Position numbers and translations under genes: made by a program. A stretch of DNA of 63,590 bases, the filler included, from Collodictyon triciliatum (lineage: Eukaryota), in assembly GCA_043381765.1 (NCBI GenBank). It is 5 parts of 5 records of this genome, joined end to end, with 100 filler letters (N's around TTAATTAATTAA, not from the genome) between each part and the next. Parts side by side here need not be neighbours in the genome. Positions count along the whole stretch, not along the records: positions 24,289 to 48,426 come from JBHJMP010001100.1; positions 48,527 to 55,297 come from JBHJMP010001122.1; 3 more parts are not named here. One strand, given 5' to 3'. This document shows positions 39,354-51,599 of this stretch, one piece after another (the stretch's first letter is position 1; each line of letters starts with the position of its first letter). The notes below the pieces were generated by a model, which saw only the letters and a list, made by a program, of their open reading frames with translations, was not told the DNA's origin and searched no databases.

Positions 39354-41334
39354 TAACGCTTTGTGAAATGGTTTGATTCTAATGAATTCTACATTCTAAC
39401 AATAATTAGTGGCTTGAATTGAGAATAAAAGAACTGGAGAGACAGTTCACGGCCATTCGAAAAAGCGTACCGTCGCTTTGTCATGAAGACCGAATAAACA
39501 TTTTTCGGTAGTTCATTAGATATGAATGATTATAGTCAATACGTTACAGAAGGCTTAGATATTATTCGACGAGATATCACCCTGAGAGGTTTTTAAAATA
39601 GGAGCTTGATTGGAGGTACTAAACACAACCCTGAGCTGGGTTACCATGAAGAAGTGGAGCATCACCAAAGCACATTCAGAGATTTACTTTGTGATGAAAG
39701 ATACCACAGTGGTTTGTTCATATGTTTACATGTATCGCCTGGTTAAATTATCTTTTCTATTGTAAACTATATAAATATTGGGTGTGTACAAATAGTTCGA
39801 GAGCCATGATTCAATCCTCTGAATTCGATTTTATTTAATTTTATCTATGCAGGAATGAAAGTGCGGCAGTTCTTGCACATAGTAAACGAGGAGTCGAATG
39901 GAAATAATCCTGGGGATATCACAGACTTTATTCAGGTGGGTTGATTCTCTTTTACACTTTCCTCTCAATTTACACGTCCGCTACACATACTGTCTTGGTA
40001 CGGGATATACAACTATAAATGCTGATGAAACAATTTAATTATCGCGAAGGAGTACTCTCAAGAGTTATGCAACGAATGGAACCTACAAGATACCATTCAT
40101 ATTTCAACAACGAATGTTTATTTGTCAAGAATAATATTTCCGAGAATTCAGAAATTCGTGTCTCGCTTTGATAGGTAACCCCACGGATTTGATTGATATA
40201 CATATTTTGCCTTTATATTTCCTTTTATTATACTGTGTAGGATTTTAGTTTTTTTTTTTTACAACAGCGGCGAAGAAAAAATGCATGACATGCTTTACCC
40301 AAAGCTCATGAAAATGTACTTTGAGGAACAACTGGTCGAAAGTAAAGCAACTTACAAGGTGATATTGCTTTTATGATCTTTTCTTTTCTTTTCTTTTTTT
40401 TTAAAAAAACCCTTACCGCACACGGTTTAGTTCCTCCCACCTGGGAGAAAAATAGATGATGTGGTTCTTCCTGCATCCTCAATTTTGTCTGAGATTGGAC
40501 TATATTGCGTAAACAAATTAATAAAAATTGTCTCGTAGATTTCTACTATAAGTAATCATTTATACTACTATCTTAATTATGATTTTTGGATCTTTTTTTT
40601 AAAAAATAAATCAAAAGGTTCCGTGCGACATTTCTTACTGTATTTTGCGTGCTGGCCGAAAGCTCGCTCAGGAAATTCATCAACTAGCCGGAAAGTCAGT
40701 AGAATTGGGTTTGTTTTTTTAAACCCAGAGGATGTCATACTCCACGCTTACCTCTCAGTGTAACATGCTCTTCATTAGGCTTTATTAGAACATAAACATT
40801 TTCATACTTCAAAATAGCTGCAGATGATATTTTGCCCCTATTCACCCAAGTAGTGCTTAACGCTGATTTGCCCTCAGTAATTTATCCTCCCTCGATAAAA
40901 CCATGCTTTAACCCCTTACCAATTACAAGTTTTTTTCTATTTTTTTTTTTAAAAAAAAGTCACCCATCTTTACATTTCCGAATCAAAAAAATATGATTTA
41001 GCTTACAAAACATATTAGAAAGATATCATGGATTTGATTTTTATTTTGAAAATACGAGTAAGCTCTGAATCAAACACACAGGTCAATCAGTGCCTTGGCT
41101 TCTTGGATAGATTTTCCACAGAGCATGATGACATATCAGAGTTTGGGTACTGGAGGGCCACCCTTCGAGGTCTCGACTCGTTTCTTTTTATGATTTAAAT
41201 GACATTAACTTCGTAGACGCCAAATATTATCGTGTGCAACTCTGTCTTGTATTTTTATATATGAAGCCTCCTCACTCCCAACATCTTTTATGATTGCAGC
41301 GTCCGTCTCTCACATCGCATCCCTGGGTAAGTAA
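35894..41334 (+). CDS. VPS9-domain Rab5-family GEF (multi-exon; start approximate)
   Basis: C-terminal AADDILPLFTQVVLNADLP...LGFLDRF...SEFGYWRATL is the VPS9 catalytic signature; last exon ASVSHIASLGK-TAA at 41334. Confidence 0.85.
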
Positions 41335-41674
41335 GATGAATCACACAGTAGCCAATCAAAGAGGCAAAGCAAAGAAATTCAATTCGCAGACCTATCCTCA
41401 TCTTTTCTCTTTTTCTTTTTTTCCGCAACCTTTTACATCCTATGTACCGAATAAAAATGATAGTGATGGACAATCGCCTACAATACTACGAAGTGAAGCA
41501 AAAAGTGTCTCGTTAACCGAAACAATAAGTATGTGATGGAAAAACTGGTCACTTATTCAATAACGCAGCATAAATAATGTAAATTATACAAAATTCAGTT
41601 TATTGGATTCAGTTTGAAATGTAATTTAAAGAACCGGTCTACCATCAAAACCTCAATAAAATTGGCGAGAGAAA

Positions 41675-43536
41675 TCAGTTTTCGTCCAGAGGTGCCCAAA
41701 AGAACGTATTTGGAATATCTCCATTATTGGGTGACTCACCCAACCGAAAAGATATACGAGAATCACCCAAACCTGCCCTGGTCTGATCGATTTCGGCATT
41801 CCTAGACTTTGTCAAGTCTAGTGCGAGGTCTGCATACCGCTGACGAATCTCACAACTAGACAACTTCCATTCGATAGATGTTTCTCTTACAAATGCGTGG
41901 TTGTTAAAAGCAATCCCATCCTTTTTTAAGGCACTTCTTTTCTCGGTCAAAAAGGCCATGAATCCATTAATTGGTCTTTTCTTCTTTGGCTTCGTAGATT
42001 TGCCAACTCTATTTCTTTTTTCGAGGAGAGGATCTAATACTGGTGAATGGATACGAATTGAAATCAGATTGAAGGGAACCGTAAAATGATAATGCAATTT
42101 CCATATGCGACTGCTTTTTTCAATTCCTAATGTTTTTTTTTTTTGGCTTTGTTCTTTTTCTTTATTTGCCTTTTTTTTCTTTTTTGTAAAATAATATATA
42201 AATAGAGAAAGATAGAGGTATAATAACACAGGCTGCAGAGGTGTTTGGGTGGTTAGTAAAATATCTTGTCACCAAAATTTGAGGAGACTTCATGTACCTT
42301 TAGACTCACTAGGACTGTCACCTCGGTCAGATGAGACCTTCCCATTACACGTTGGGGTAGCGTCTGTTAATTCTTGTTCTTCAAGCTGATAGTCCTTCGG
42401 CGAGTCCTCGTCATTCCGTCTAGGTCTTCGTTGGTCACTATTTTCTGAACTCCCAGAAAGGGAAGGAATGTCGGGATTTTTGTCCCTGCTGCATAATTTC
42501 TTTGATTTTCGCATGGACGGATCTACAAGGATGAAATTTGGAGAATTACTGGAGTTTGGAGTCAGCAGAAAGCTTTCGGTGAGGTGTCCGTGCTTGTCAT
42601 ACTTTGCAGTATGAGATGCATCCTCGGCTGATTCGCACCCTGCTTTACCCTCATTGAACTTTGTGTGTGTTTGTGGATGGAAGGAAGCATCCATGTCATA
42701 GGGATTCTTTTTGAAATCTTGTGCTGGGTAACTGAATGATGAATTTGGTGTTTTTCCAAGGAAAATTCTCATTTCTGACCTTTGGCTGGAACTGCTGTTG
42801 GTAGATTCAATTCGCTGCTCTTCCTGATTCATCTCGAGATATTCCTCGCCACAGAAAGCACTGGTCTTTGTTAAGTTCACTGGGCAAATAAAGTCATTAA
42901 ATTTGGTATCATGGTGTGTTTGCCGTGCACCATCAAATGATGTGATATCCACATATTTTGCACCGGCATTGCAGCACAAGCTGTATAATTCATTATTGGA
43001 GGCTTTTGTTAGACTAACAAATGGTCCTGTCTTGATTGCTGAGCATCTTTCTTGCATGTGATAAAGCGTATCAAAATCTCTATCGTAAATATCCGAAGTC
43101 TTCGACTCTCTAGGCATTTGGGGAAAAAAAAAGTACCGTCAGTGCAACCAGTCATTCATAAAAAAACAAATAAATAATTGTTCAACTTATAGGAACGGCA
43201 ACTTTTAATTTAAAAAAGAGAGATCATGTATTCATAATTACAAACAAACAACAAACCATCACATATTAGAATACAGATAAATCTATGATTTAAATTAAAT
43301 TGTATCATTTACGTTTGCTGCCTTTGTTCAAAATGTACAGAATGGGCTACATCAAAATCTGAAAATAAGCTATTCACAAAATCGATCATCTCTTCTTGGT
43401 CCTCAGAAATATCTCTAAAACGATTTATGGACTTGAATCAACCCATGACATTTGCGTGAGTGATTTACACGCAGAAAAAAAGAAGGGCACTCAAGTAGGG
43501 GGAAAAAAAAAGAAGGGAGAAGTACCTTCCCGACAT
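41675..43536 (-). CDS. HMG-box transcription factor-like protein (may have further upstream exons to about 44520)
   Basis: Last exon KKKRPINGFMAFLTEKRSAL...NNHAFVRETSIEWKL..EIRQRYADLA is an HMG box; large exon about 42296-43110; upstream exons MSGR|DISEDQEEM...EQRQQT join in frame. Confidence 0.75.
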
Positions 43537-44538
43537 ATCTTTCAGCTAATTTTATCAATTTTATTTTAAATCCTGTGACACCTTAATTTATTAAAATTGT
43601 CAGAATATTCGAGCTTTTTCACAGTGTATGATGAGTATAATTAAAAATTGTATTAGGACATGGAATAAGTGTTTCTGAATTAATCACTCTCTTTTATCTG
43701 CCTTCAATAGCCTCTCGTCATTTGATAAGATCAATAATTGCATATTGGATTTGAAGACTAAACAAAATGTCTCTGTAAAGGCAGGTAGGGGCACTAAGGG
43801 ATGAAATGTAATGACAGTTGTAATAAATAACAGAAAGGAATTTTTTTGGAGCAAAATGAAGGACAGGAGGATACAACATTACAGATGTAAAAGTTGAGTT
43901 TTGTTTGAGAGAAATGTAAAACGTCGTTGAAAATTTGTAGAAAACATATTCGACGCTTAACCACCTTGCGAGGGTGAGATTGAAGCGTGAAGTAATATGT
44001 GTTTCATTCGTGGTGCTGATGATGTTTGCTTCAAGTCCTCCCTTCTCGCGGATGGTGTAAGGTAGAATATATGTGGCTGGTGGTATGCGGACCATTCGTA
44101 ACAGTAGTTGATTTGAAAGCGAGATAAAAAATTCCGACATTGCTACTTGTGACACGGAGCCTCGTTCTTCCAATCAGTGATTATTATTTTTTTGATGGAC
44201 CCGTGGTGGTTTGGGTTGCTTTATACCAACAGTTGCTCCAATACGAGAGGTACTGCAACCCGGGTACTTTAACCAGGTGGGTTATAAGGGTCTTGTGTGT
44301 CCTGTTGAAGGGCATGGTGGTTATGCTGCTGGACTTTTTGTGGTTGGGGTTGGGAAAACATGTGGTCGCTGGTCGCCAGGAACAGAAATCGCGTGGTGCG
44401 ACCAACATCTGAAAGAGGAAATAATTTGAATTTCAAATGCTAACAATGCTGCAGGGGGTGGTAGACCAGAAAAGAAATGTCGTGGTGCACTTGGCGCGTA
44501 CGCAGAGCAAACACTCACCCATAATCACAACTTACTCG

Positions 44539-44541
44539 TAC

Positions 44542-44614
<73 letters not shown>

Positions 44615-44677
44615 TANNNNNNNNNNNACACATACACATACACATACACATACGCATGCACATACACATACATATTC
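44539..44677. repeat. (CATACA)n microsatellite with a small N gap
   Basis: Seen directly. Confidence 0.95.
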
Positions 44678-44705
44678 AATAATGTGAGAATGTAAAAATC
44701 TAAAC

Positions 44706-45657
44706 ATGGCTTTGTTTCAAGAGGAAAAAATCAAATGGCGCTCACGCAGACCAATCTTAGACGACATCCCGTCGCCATTCTTTTTCCACCTCAAGAACGA
44801 AAGCTCGTCTAACGGTGTGCAGTCTATGCAGTTCTCGATGGCTATGGCCTACTCCAAATTCTTTCGATACAAAATATCGCCGCCGACAACTCTACAAAAA
44901 GTCAAAGCATCAACGGTGGGGAGAAACGCTAGGCATCACCCACACCCCGCTCACCGCGAGCTGGAGACAAGCACGAACCCCGCAAGTCCTTTCAAATCAC
45001 CGCTCTCTAATGCATAATATCACCAATAGGTAGCTATGGATAGGCACACGCGCGACAAAAGCTGGCAAGGTCTCCCAACAATGCACACTTTGCAGCAACA
45101 GTGATGAGTCCATTGAGCATACATTTGTGCAATGTCCCTTCGCTCAAAACCTGCGCGAAACAGCCGGTGTGATTCTTCGACTGACACTCAAGACGGCTGC
45201 AGCTATTGGCCCAATCCAGGTGATATTTGGGCCTCTGCAACTACTGCATCCAGATGCGAAAACATTCTGGGCATTGACGCGAGGCCATTTGCTATGGACT
45301 ATGTGGATAGCACGCACGTACTCTCGCAAAGCAAGACTCAACAACCAGCCACTCATTCCTGATAACAGGCTGAATGACATCATACAATTCTCTTTCCTCA
45401 ATAGCTTTCTTCGCCACCTGCACGTTCTCTACTACTCGGACGCTGTGAGAAGAAACATGTGGATAGAGGCTGAGAAAGATATATAACCTCGCCTTGTATC
45501 TCTCATGCAAGCACAAGACCCAGGCCACAGGCCACAGGCCAAAGCGCAGGATGCAATTCCTGATGGTCGTCCACTCCGCCACACGGCAGACAAGAAGCAT
45601 TCGTACAAACAGAGATTACAAAACTATACTGCCTTGTACAAATTCAAGATAAAAAAA
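44706..45657 (+). mobile_element. Degenerate 3' fragment of an L1/Tx1-like non-LTR retrotransposon ORF2 (family B)
   Basis: zf-RVT-like CTLCSNSDESIEHTFVQCPFA...TRGHLLWTMWIAR motif with in-frame stops/frameshifts; A-rich end near 45657; homologous to 57996-58391 (minus). Confidence 0.82.
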
Positions 45658-45919
45658 CGTATATGACCATCTTTTCATAATACTAGTGTTTAGACGTAAG
45701 CACCACGGTTTCACTGACGTAAATACCTGAACATCTTACAACACCCCCCCCCCCCCTGACATGAAAGAGAACAGAATATTGTCCATATACCATCTTTTTT
45801 TCTTTTTATTGCTTAGAGTAAAGTCTCATCTTATTGTTGATACGAGCGCTGACTTTCCAAAAAAAGAAAGTTGACACAAGTGACAAATGAGCGGCACAAC
45901 AAATCCCTGACTTTGCACC

Positions 45920-47971
45920 TCATCGAAACCTAAGGTCACCAAGAATACTGGCCCACACCTCTTCCTCAGACCCATACTTTCCGATGAGATTGCGGTATCG
46001 ATCTCTGCAGTCGAGATTGTTTCTGTCAAACTTTTTCAATTTCATGGAAATGTATTTCCAGGAGGAACCTTTTTTACGTTCGGACACTAATATGAAATCT
46101 TCCTGTGAATGCCACACAAATCTTTGGCGGTGTCCAGATGTCAAGTAAATCGGACGAGTTTTAGACTCTTCGCCTGTTGCCTTTATCTTTGGCAAGGATC
46201 TATGTTTCTTGGGCAGGCGAACACGCTCTAGAATATCTCTAAACACCTCAATATAATGCTCCAGTTCTGAGATATCTCGTCCGAGATGTTCTCTAACGTG
46301 GGCTCTTGCAACCTGGCACACTATACTTATTTTTGTGCGTGTGGCCATTCTTTTTCTATCCCTGCTAAGTTGCTTTCTTACCTGTTGCTCTAACCCAGGA
46401 GTAGACTTTACAAACATCGAAAAGCAATGACGCATGACAAATGGGAAATCTATCTTTTCCTGACTTTGGTCATCCATTTTGTTCTTTATTAGGCCCTTCA
46501 TTCTTGCCAAAAAGGATTTGTAATTAACACCAGCTTCCCAAGATGAAGGCTTCAGTTTTATCTTGTGAATTTTTTCAGAGTTGGATAAGCCGTCAACCTG
46601 GTTGTCATAACCAGACCATTCCTCCTCATCGATTTCGATGGGTGGCGGGACTGTTCTAATGATGTATGAGTCTTTTGATAGATTCAACTCCGATTTACTT
46701 TTCGGTTCCCATCCAGAACAGTCGAGATCATTCTTTGAATAGGTTTCCTTTTGATTAGCAGCATAATTCTGCTGAATCACAGCCATTTTTTGAAAGCCAG
46801 CGCGAAAGCTATCAAAAGAGAACATGTTAGGAGGAAAACCAGCTTGGACAGCTCGAGTTTTTATATTTTTACTCATCGCGGCAGACTTCATACCCCATAG
46901 ATACGTTTCTTGGAGCTCTTGCGATAGATTCCAGTTTTTAAAATTGATAAGCTCCAGAGAAAACTTTTCGCGAAGGTATAGCTCAAACCAATAGAGAATA
47001 TTCAGAGAGGATTTTAATCCGATGTTACCTTCTAGAGAGACCATTTGGTTATGTTCAGGATTCCCTTTAGCAACTTTTAAAAGAATATGTATGCAGTGAG
47101 AATCTGAGGAGCTCCTGGGTAGTTTAGAAAAACTAAGGATGTGGCCAATTTTCATGTGCTGAAAGGTAATAGACCTTGCCCCCGTCGATAAAGCCATTAA
47201 CCAGAGGCTTGCCTCTTTGGCTTTGGATGAGAAACCATCCGGAATGCAGTCTATGATTCTTGCTATATCAGATATTAAAATGGGCTCTTTTCTCGTGGGA
47301 GTTTCTTGGTCAAAAGCTAAATTGCGTAATGTATCAATAGTCTCTTTAATTGTGGGACCGATATCTGGCGAAAGCTCTGATGGATATTGAATTTTATTAA
47401 TTCTTCTTAAGCCAGGAATAATTATAAATTTAACACTATCTATGGCATAGCCTGCATCCCTGACCAAAAAAATAATGAATTTCTCGATTGTTTCAGGCTG
47501 TAGAGGCCATGGCTCTCTGGATGACTTTTTGCAAAATTCTTGGTACATTTCTTTTGACCAGCTATCCTTTCGGACAGTCGACTTTGAGTGGCTAGTTGGG
47601 GAACTGTATGAATGATCCACTGGATTCAACTCTCTTATATCAAGAGCCTGAAATCCCATAGAAATTTTCCGCAATCTTTGGGATAGGTCAAACAGGGGTT
47701 CGCATGGTGTAGGGTTCATTTTTCTTTTCTTTTTAGACTCTTTACTATCAACATATTCTTCAGCACTCCAGTCGGGGTCTAAATCGCTGTCGGATGAAAT
47801 ATAGTCTTGCTCATAGTCCATATCGTCTCCAATATGAACGTATGTCTCAGAGTCAGACACCTCGAGGGTAGTCGAACAGCAATTAAGTTCCCAATCCCCC
47901 TGGTCTTCAACAGTTATAGGAATATAGCAGTTGGTTGCCAGACCAACAACATAGAATACATCCTCTTCCAT
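45920..47971 (-). CDS. Tyrosine recombinase (Crypton/DIRS-like YR fold) fused to a C-terminal Myb/SANT domain; catalytic residues apparently altered
   Basis: Uninterrupted ORF from ATG 47971. Integrase core-binding-like helices (MYQEFCKK..PWPL..IEKFIIFL), LMALSTGAR, KVAKG, FSFDSFRAG, GWEPKS; C-term WHSQEDFIL..GSSWKYI..RNNLDCRDRYRNL is a Myb repeat. Confidence 0.85.
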   Translation of the reverse strand: MEEDVFYVVGLATNCYIPITVEDQGDWELNCCSTTLEVSDSETYVHIGDDMDYEQDYISSDSDLDPDWSAEEYVDSKESKKKRKMNPTPCEPLFDLSQRLRKISMGFQALDIRELNPVDHSYSSPTSHSKSTVRKDSWSKEMYQEFCKKSSREPWPLQPETIEKFIIFLVRDAGYAIDSVKFIIIPGLRRINKIQYPSELSPDIGPTIKETIDTLRNLAFDQETPTRKEPILISDIARIIDCIPDGFSSKAKEASLWLMALSTGARSITFQHMKIGHILSFSKLPRSSSDSHCIHILLKVAKGNPEHNQMVSLEGNIGLKSSLNILYWFELYLREKFSLELINFKNWNLSQELQETYLWGMKSAAMSKNIKTRAVQAGFPPNMFSFDSFRAGFQKMAVIQQNYAANQKETYSKNDLDCSGWEPKSKSELNLSKDSYIIRTVPPPIEIDEEEWSGYDNQVDGLSNSEKIHKIKLKPSSWEAGVNYKSFLARMKGLIKNKMDDQSQEKIDFPFVMRHCFSMFVKSTPGLEQQVRKQLSRDRKRMATRTKISIVCQVARAHVREHLGRDISELEHYIEVFRDILERVRLPKKHRSLPKIKATGEESKTRPIYLTSGHRQRFVWHSQEDFILVSERKKGSSWKYISMKLKKFDRNNLDCRDRYRNLIGKYGSEEEVWASILGDLRFR

Positions 47972-48374
47972 GGCCTTCTGCGATATTCTTTGAGAGAAAA
48001 TAACCTTAATAAAAAGAAGGCACGACTTAAAAATAAGAATGATAATGAAAAGGCAGAGGAAGCCAAGGGAACCTTGAGGAACAATACAAAAAAAAGCTGG
48101 TGACGGGCGGCTGCAGAAGCGTTGATCAGAACGCTGATGGTCTGTTAAGGATGGGTTAGGGATTTTTATTAGGGACAACTGCTTTCCGCTGGATGATAAA
48201 ACTATCTTGCTTTTCTGATTCACGCAATCATCTACGCCCCAGTACCCAGAGTTTCCTAGTTATTTTCTGCTTCGTTTTTTACTTCTTTTTTTTTTTTTTT
48301 CAGTATATTCCAGGGTTTTTTTGTTTGGGTTTTATTATTGTGATCTCTCCACTGAATATATTCTGTTTTGTTTA

Positions 48375-48426
<52 letters not shown>

Positions 48427-48573
48427 NNNNNNNNNNNNNNNNNNNNNNNNNNNNNNNNNNNNNNNNNNNNTTAATTAATTAANNNNNNNNNNNNNNNNNN
48501 NNNNNNNNNNNNNNNNNNNNNNNNNNAAAAAAAAGTGTTTTTTATTGTGTGGAGAGGAAAAAAAGGAAAAAGA

Positions 48574-48617
<44 letters not shown>

Positions 48618-48631
48618 ACAAAAAGACTCAC

Positions 48632-50232
48632 TGATGACCAGGAGCTCAAGAAGCCCATTGCCAACAACCAGCCAACACATGGTACCAAACTTCTTGCAGT
48701 TCCTGTGAATAACATTGTTTCAGATGCAAAGGGAAAAATAATCCAGAACGGAAAAGAACGACAGGGATAATCATGGATAAAGATTCGTAATCGGATGGAA
48801 AGCCAACTTGTCTGTGATGAATTGCCAATACTCGCGGCCAGCAGGGCATCCGAACATAAACCAGAGAATCAGGCGGTAGGAATTGAGAGGGTTGCGCGGA
48901 GGCACCCACAAAACATACCTTTATTTTATTGACAGAAATTATGACATAAATCAATACCGGTAAGGTATAGATATATGTATGTATTTTATTATCCTTTTCT
49001 CAAAAATAACAAATGTGAGACAGTACACAGTAGATAGGAATGAGATTGGATATCGTCGGGAAATGTACAGACAATGGCTCTTACTTTAGAAAGAAGGCAT
49101 TTACTTCAAGAATGGCAAACTGAAGGTAGCAGTTAATGCAGGTCAAGGATATAATTCAGAGATATGTATAGAGATGCTCTTAAATTAAAGCGAATGTTTT
49201 CTAGATAGTTCATTGATGCATAAAGGGGGAAGTGTACAAGCTTTTTCTGTGGATACGACTATCAGGAACAAAAGAACATAGCAGAATCTCTTGAAGCTGG
49301 AGAACACTTCCCAATTATAAGGCTCCCAGGAATAAGGAGTGAACTGAAGCACTGCGCGCTTTATGTATGCTGTTGTGCTATTGAAGTCGTCCATTCCGCC
49401 CCAATTGTAAGTCTGAAAGCAACATTAGTCACTCAGCCATACACACACACGGATTAATATCACAGTTCTTCATATGAATTGATTAAGGCTAGATGTGCTT
49501 CCCTGATATTCTACAGCATTTTTCTATGAAAAATAAAGCCGAAAGATTGCCGTCAAACCTTCATTTCAAAGTATTTACACGTTTGCATTCCAAGATAAAT
49601 TCCTGCCGCGTTGCACACAAGAACATCGACGATGACGTGGTCCCACCAGCATTCCTGTGATGCAAGCGAATGAATTCAAGAGTTCTTATTACATATACAT
49701 CAATAGAATCGAAATCAGAATCAAAGTCAGAGCAAGAGAGATATTTCAAATCAAATCGGGGGATACACATCGTTTTATGTGTGATTGAACCTTGAAGTTT
49801 GGAAGCATGTGTTGGAACGAAAGCTCTAGAAGCTCAAACTGGATGCTAACAATCCAGCAGAGCCAAGTGTCTCGAATGATGAGAGTCTTTCCCCACCAAC
49901 CGAAAAAGTGAGCGAGGATAAACTCATCGTTTACAGTGTCCTGGGATGCAAAGCATAGCGATTAGATGTCGTAGAAAAGATGAAGGGATTCAAATCGAAG
50001 GCCGTCCAACCCATATATTACGGAAGCTTGAAACAGGGTCATCAGGCGTGTACAAATCACAGTTTTCGGCGTAAGAGCGCTCGGGAAGAGGAACGCCCAG
50101 GGATGGATACAAGTGCGTGAGTAACTGGCGGGCATCGTCCACACTCTAGAGACAGCAAACAGAAAAGCGTAAGCCAAAGAGCAAAAGCAGATGGGGCACA
50201 AAAGAATCACGGCCACGATGATAATGATGACG

Positions 50233-50304
<72 letters not shown>

Positions 50305-50874
50305 GAAGGGGAGCTACTGACGCACAATACGATATAGATGAATAAAAATGAAAGTAATATCATAGATAACATCTTAAGTAATGACAACATCCAGATAAAT
50401 CGATATTCAAAAAACGTGAATATAAATAAAGAATATAATAAAAAAAATAAAGATAAGCAAAACAAGGCAAGGCAAGGCAAAAGCAGAATGAAGCAAAACA
50501 GTCCGGCCGACCTGGAAGAGGAAGAAGACAAGGGTCATCATGTAGAGAACGGCCATGCCTGTGATCAGACGCCAGACAGCAGGATGCGGCCGCGTGAAGA
50601 TCGTGTCGCGCAGCTGGACCATGGAGAACATGAGGAAGGCAAAGATGCCGGCCACAATGCCGTTCTTTGTGTTGCCCACAAGGCCGTCCTCGCGGAAAGC
50701 AGCGCGGAACAGAAAGTAGAGCGTCACCACAAGCAGCGTCACCGTGTGCGGGCGGTAAAAGAGCGTCATGTACAGATCCTCCTGCTCCTGCAAAACCTCC
50801 GTCGCTTCCTTCAGCGTTGCGGCCCGAGTGCTCGAAGCCTTTGCAGACGCCCCAGGCGAGGCTTTTGCGCTCAT
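48632..50874 (-). CDS. PTDSS: Phosphatidylserine synthase (base-exchange PTDSS1/2 family), 3'-truncated by the contig end
   Basis: [73 protein letters not shown] motifs across GT-AG exons. Confidence 0.95.
50234..50303. repeat. (AAT)n microsatellite in a PTDSS intron; similar arrays at 39315-39352 and 59874-59956
   Basis: Seen directly. Confidence 0.95.
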
Positions 50875-50903
50875 CTTGTCCGTAGTCTCCTGCTTTATTA
50901 TTT

Positions 50904-50934
<31 letters not shown>

Positions 50935-51599
50935 GGCTGTGGTTGTTGCTGCAAGTATGGTTATTTCGCTCGCTTGGTCGTCTCAACATGCCTCGGAGAT
51001 AACCGGGTAATGCTAGGCATTGTATCCGGCTTTGCTGCTTTGCACACAACACAAGAGCGTGTTCGTCTTTTATTTTCTTTTTCTCTCTTTCTTTTTCTTC
51101 TTTCTTTTTCTTCTTTTTTTTCTCTTTCTTTTTCTTCTTTTTTTTTCTCTTTCTTTTTCTTCTTTCTTTTTCTTCTTTCTTTTTCTTCTTTCTTTTTCTT
51201 CTTTCTTTTTCTTCTTTCTTTTTCTTCTTTCTTTTTCTTCTTTCTTTTTCTTCTTTCTTTTTCTCTTCCTTTTCTCCTTCTTTTTTTCGAAGCCCGCTCT
51301 GACTGAAAAGCAAACTGCAACTTGACCACATGTCGAAAAGGCCGAAGGATCGGAAGGAAACGACATCGCAAAAACGGATCGCACAAAACACAAACGTGGA
51401 TTAGAACGCATCACCACAAACGCGTTTCTTGATGAACATTCGAATAGTTAAATAATATCTGGAAATTATAATTCTGTGGTGTTATTTAGCACTTGTTGTC
51501 ATATTAATGGTCACCCATGCATAAAAGTGATTCAACATATCTCCAATCATGCATTTTATTGACTAATTTTCTAAACACCAAACCCTTGTTGAGTCTGGC

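Noticed and set aside
24407-41334. HPS1 and VPS9 GEF as a functional endolysosomal gene cluster
   Set aside because: Separated by unrelated genes; two genes are not evidence of clustering
47972-48223. Hydrophobic N-terminal extension of the YR ORF in the ORF track
   Set aside because: Starts at a non-ATG codon and translates a pyrimidine tract ending in AG; more likely 5' UTR or intron
50338-51417. Long Lys/Glu- or Phe-rich ORFs overlapping the PTDSS 5' end
   Set aside because: Translations of simple repeats and antisense shadows of a GC-rich exon
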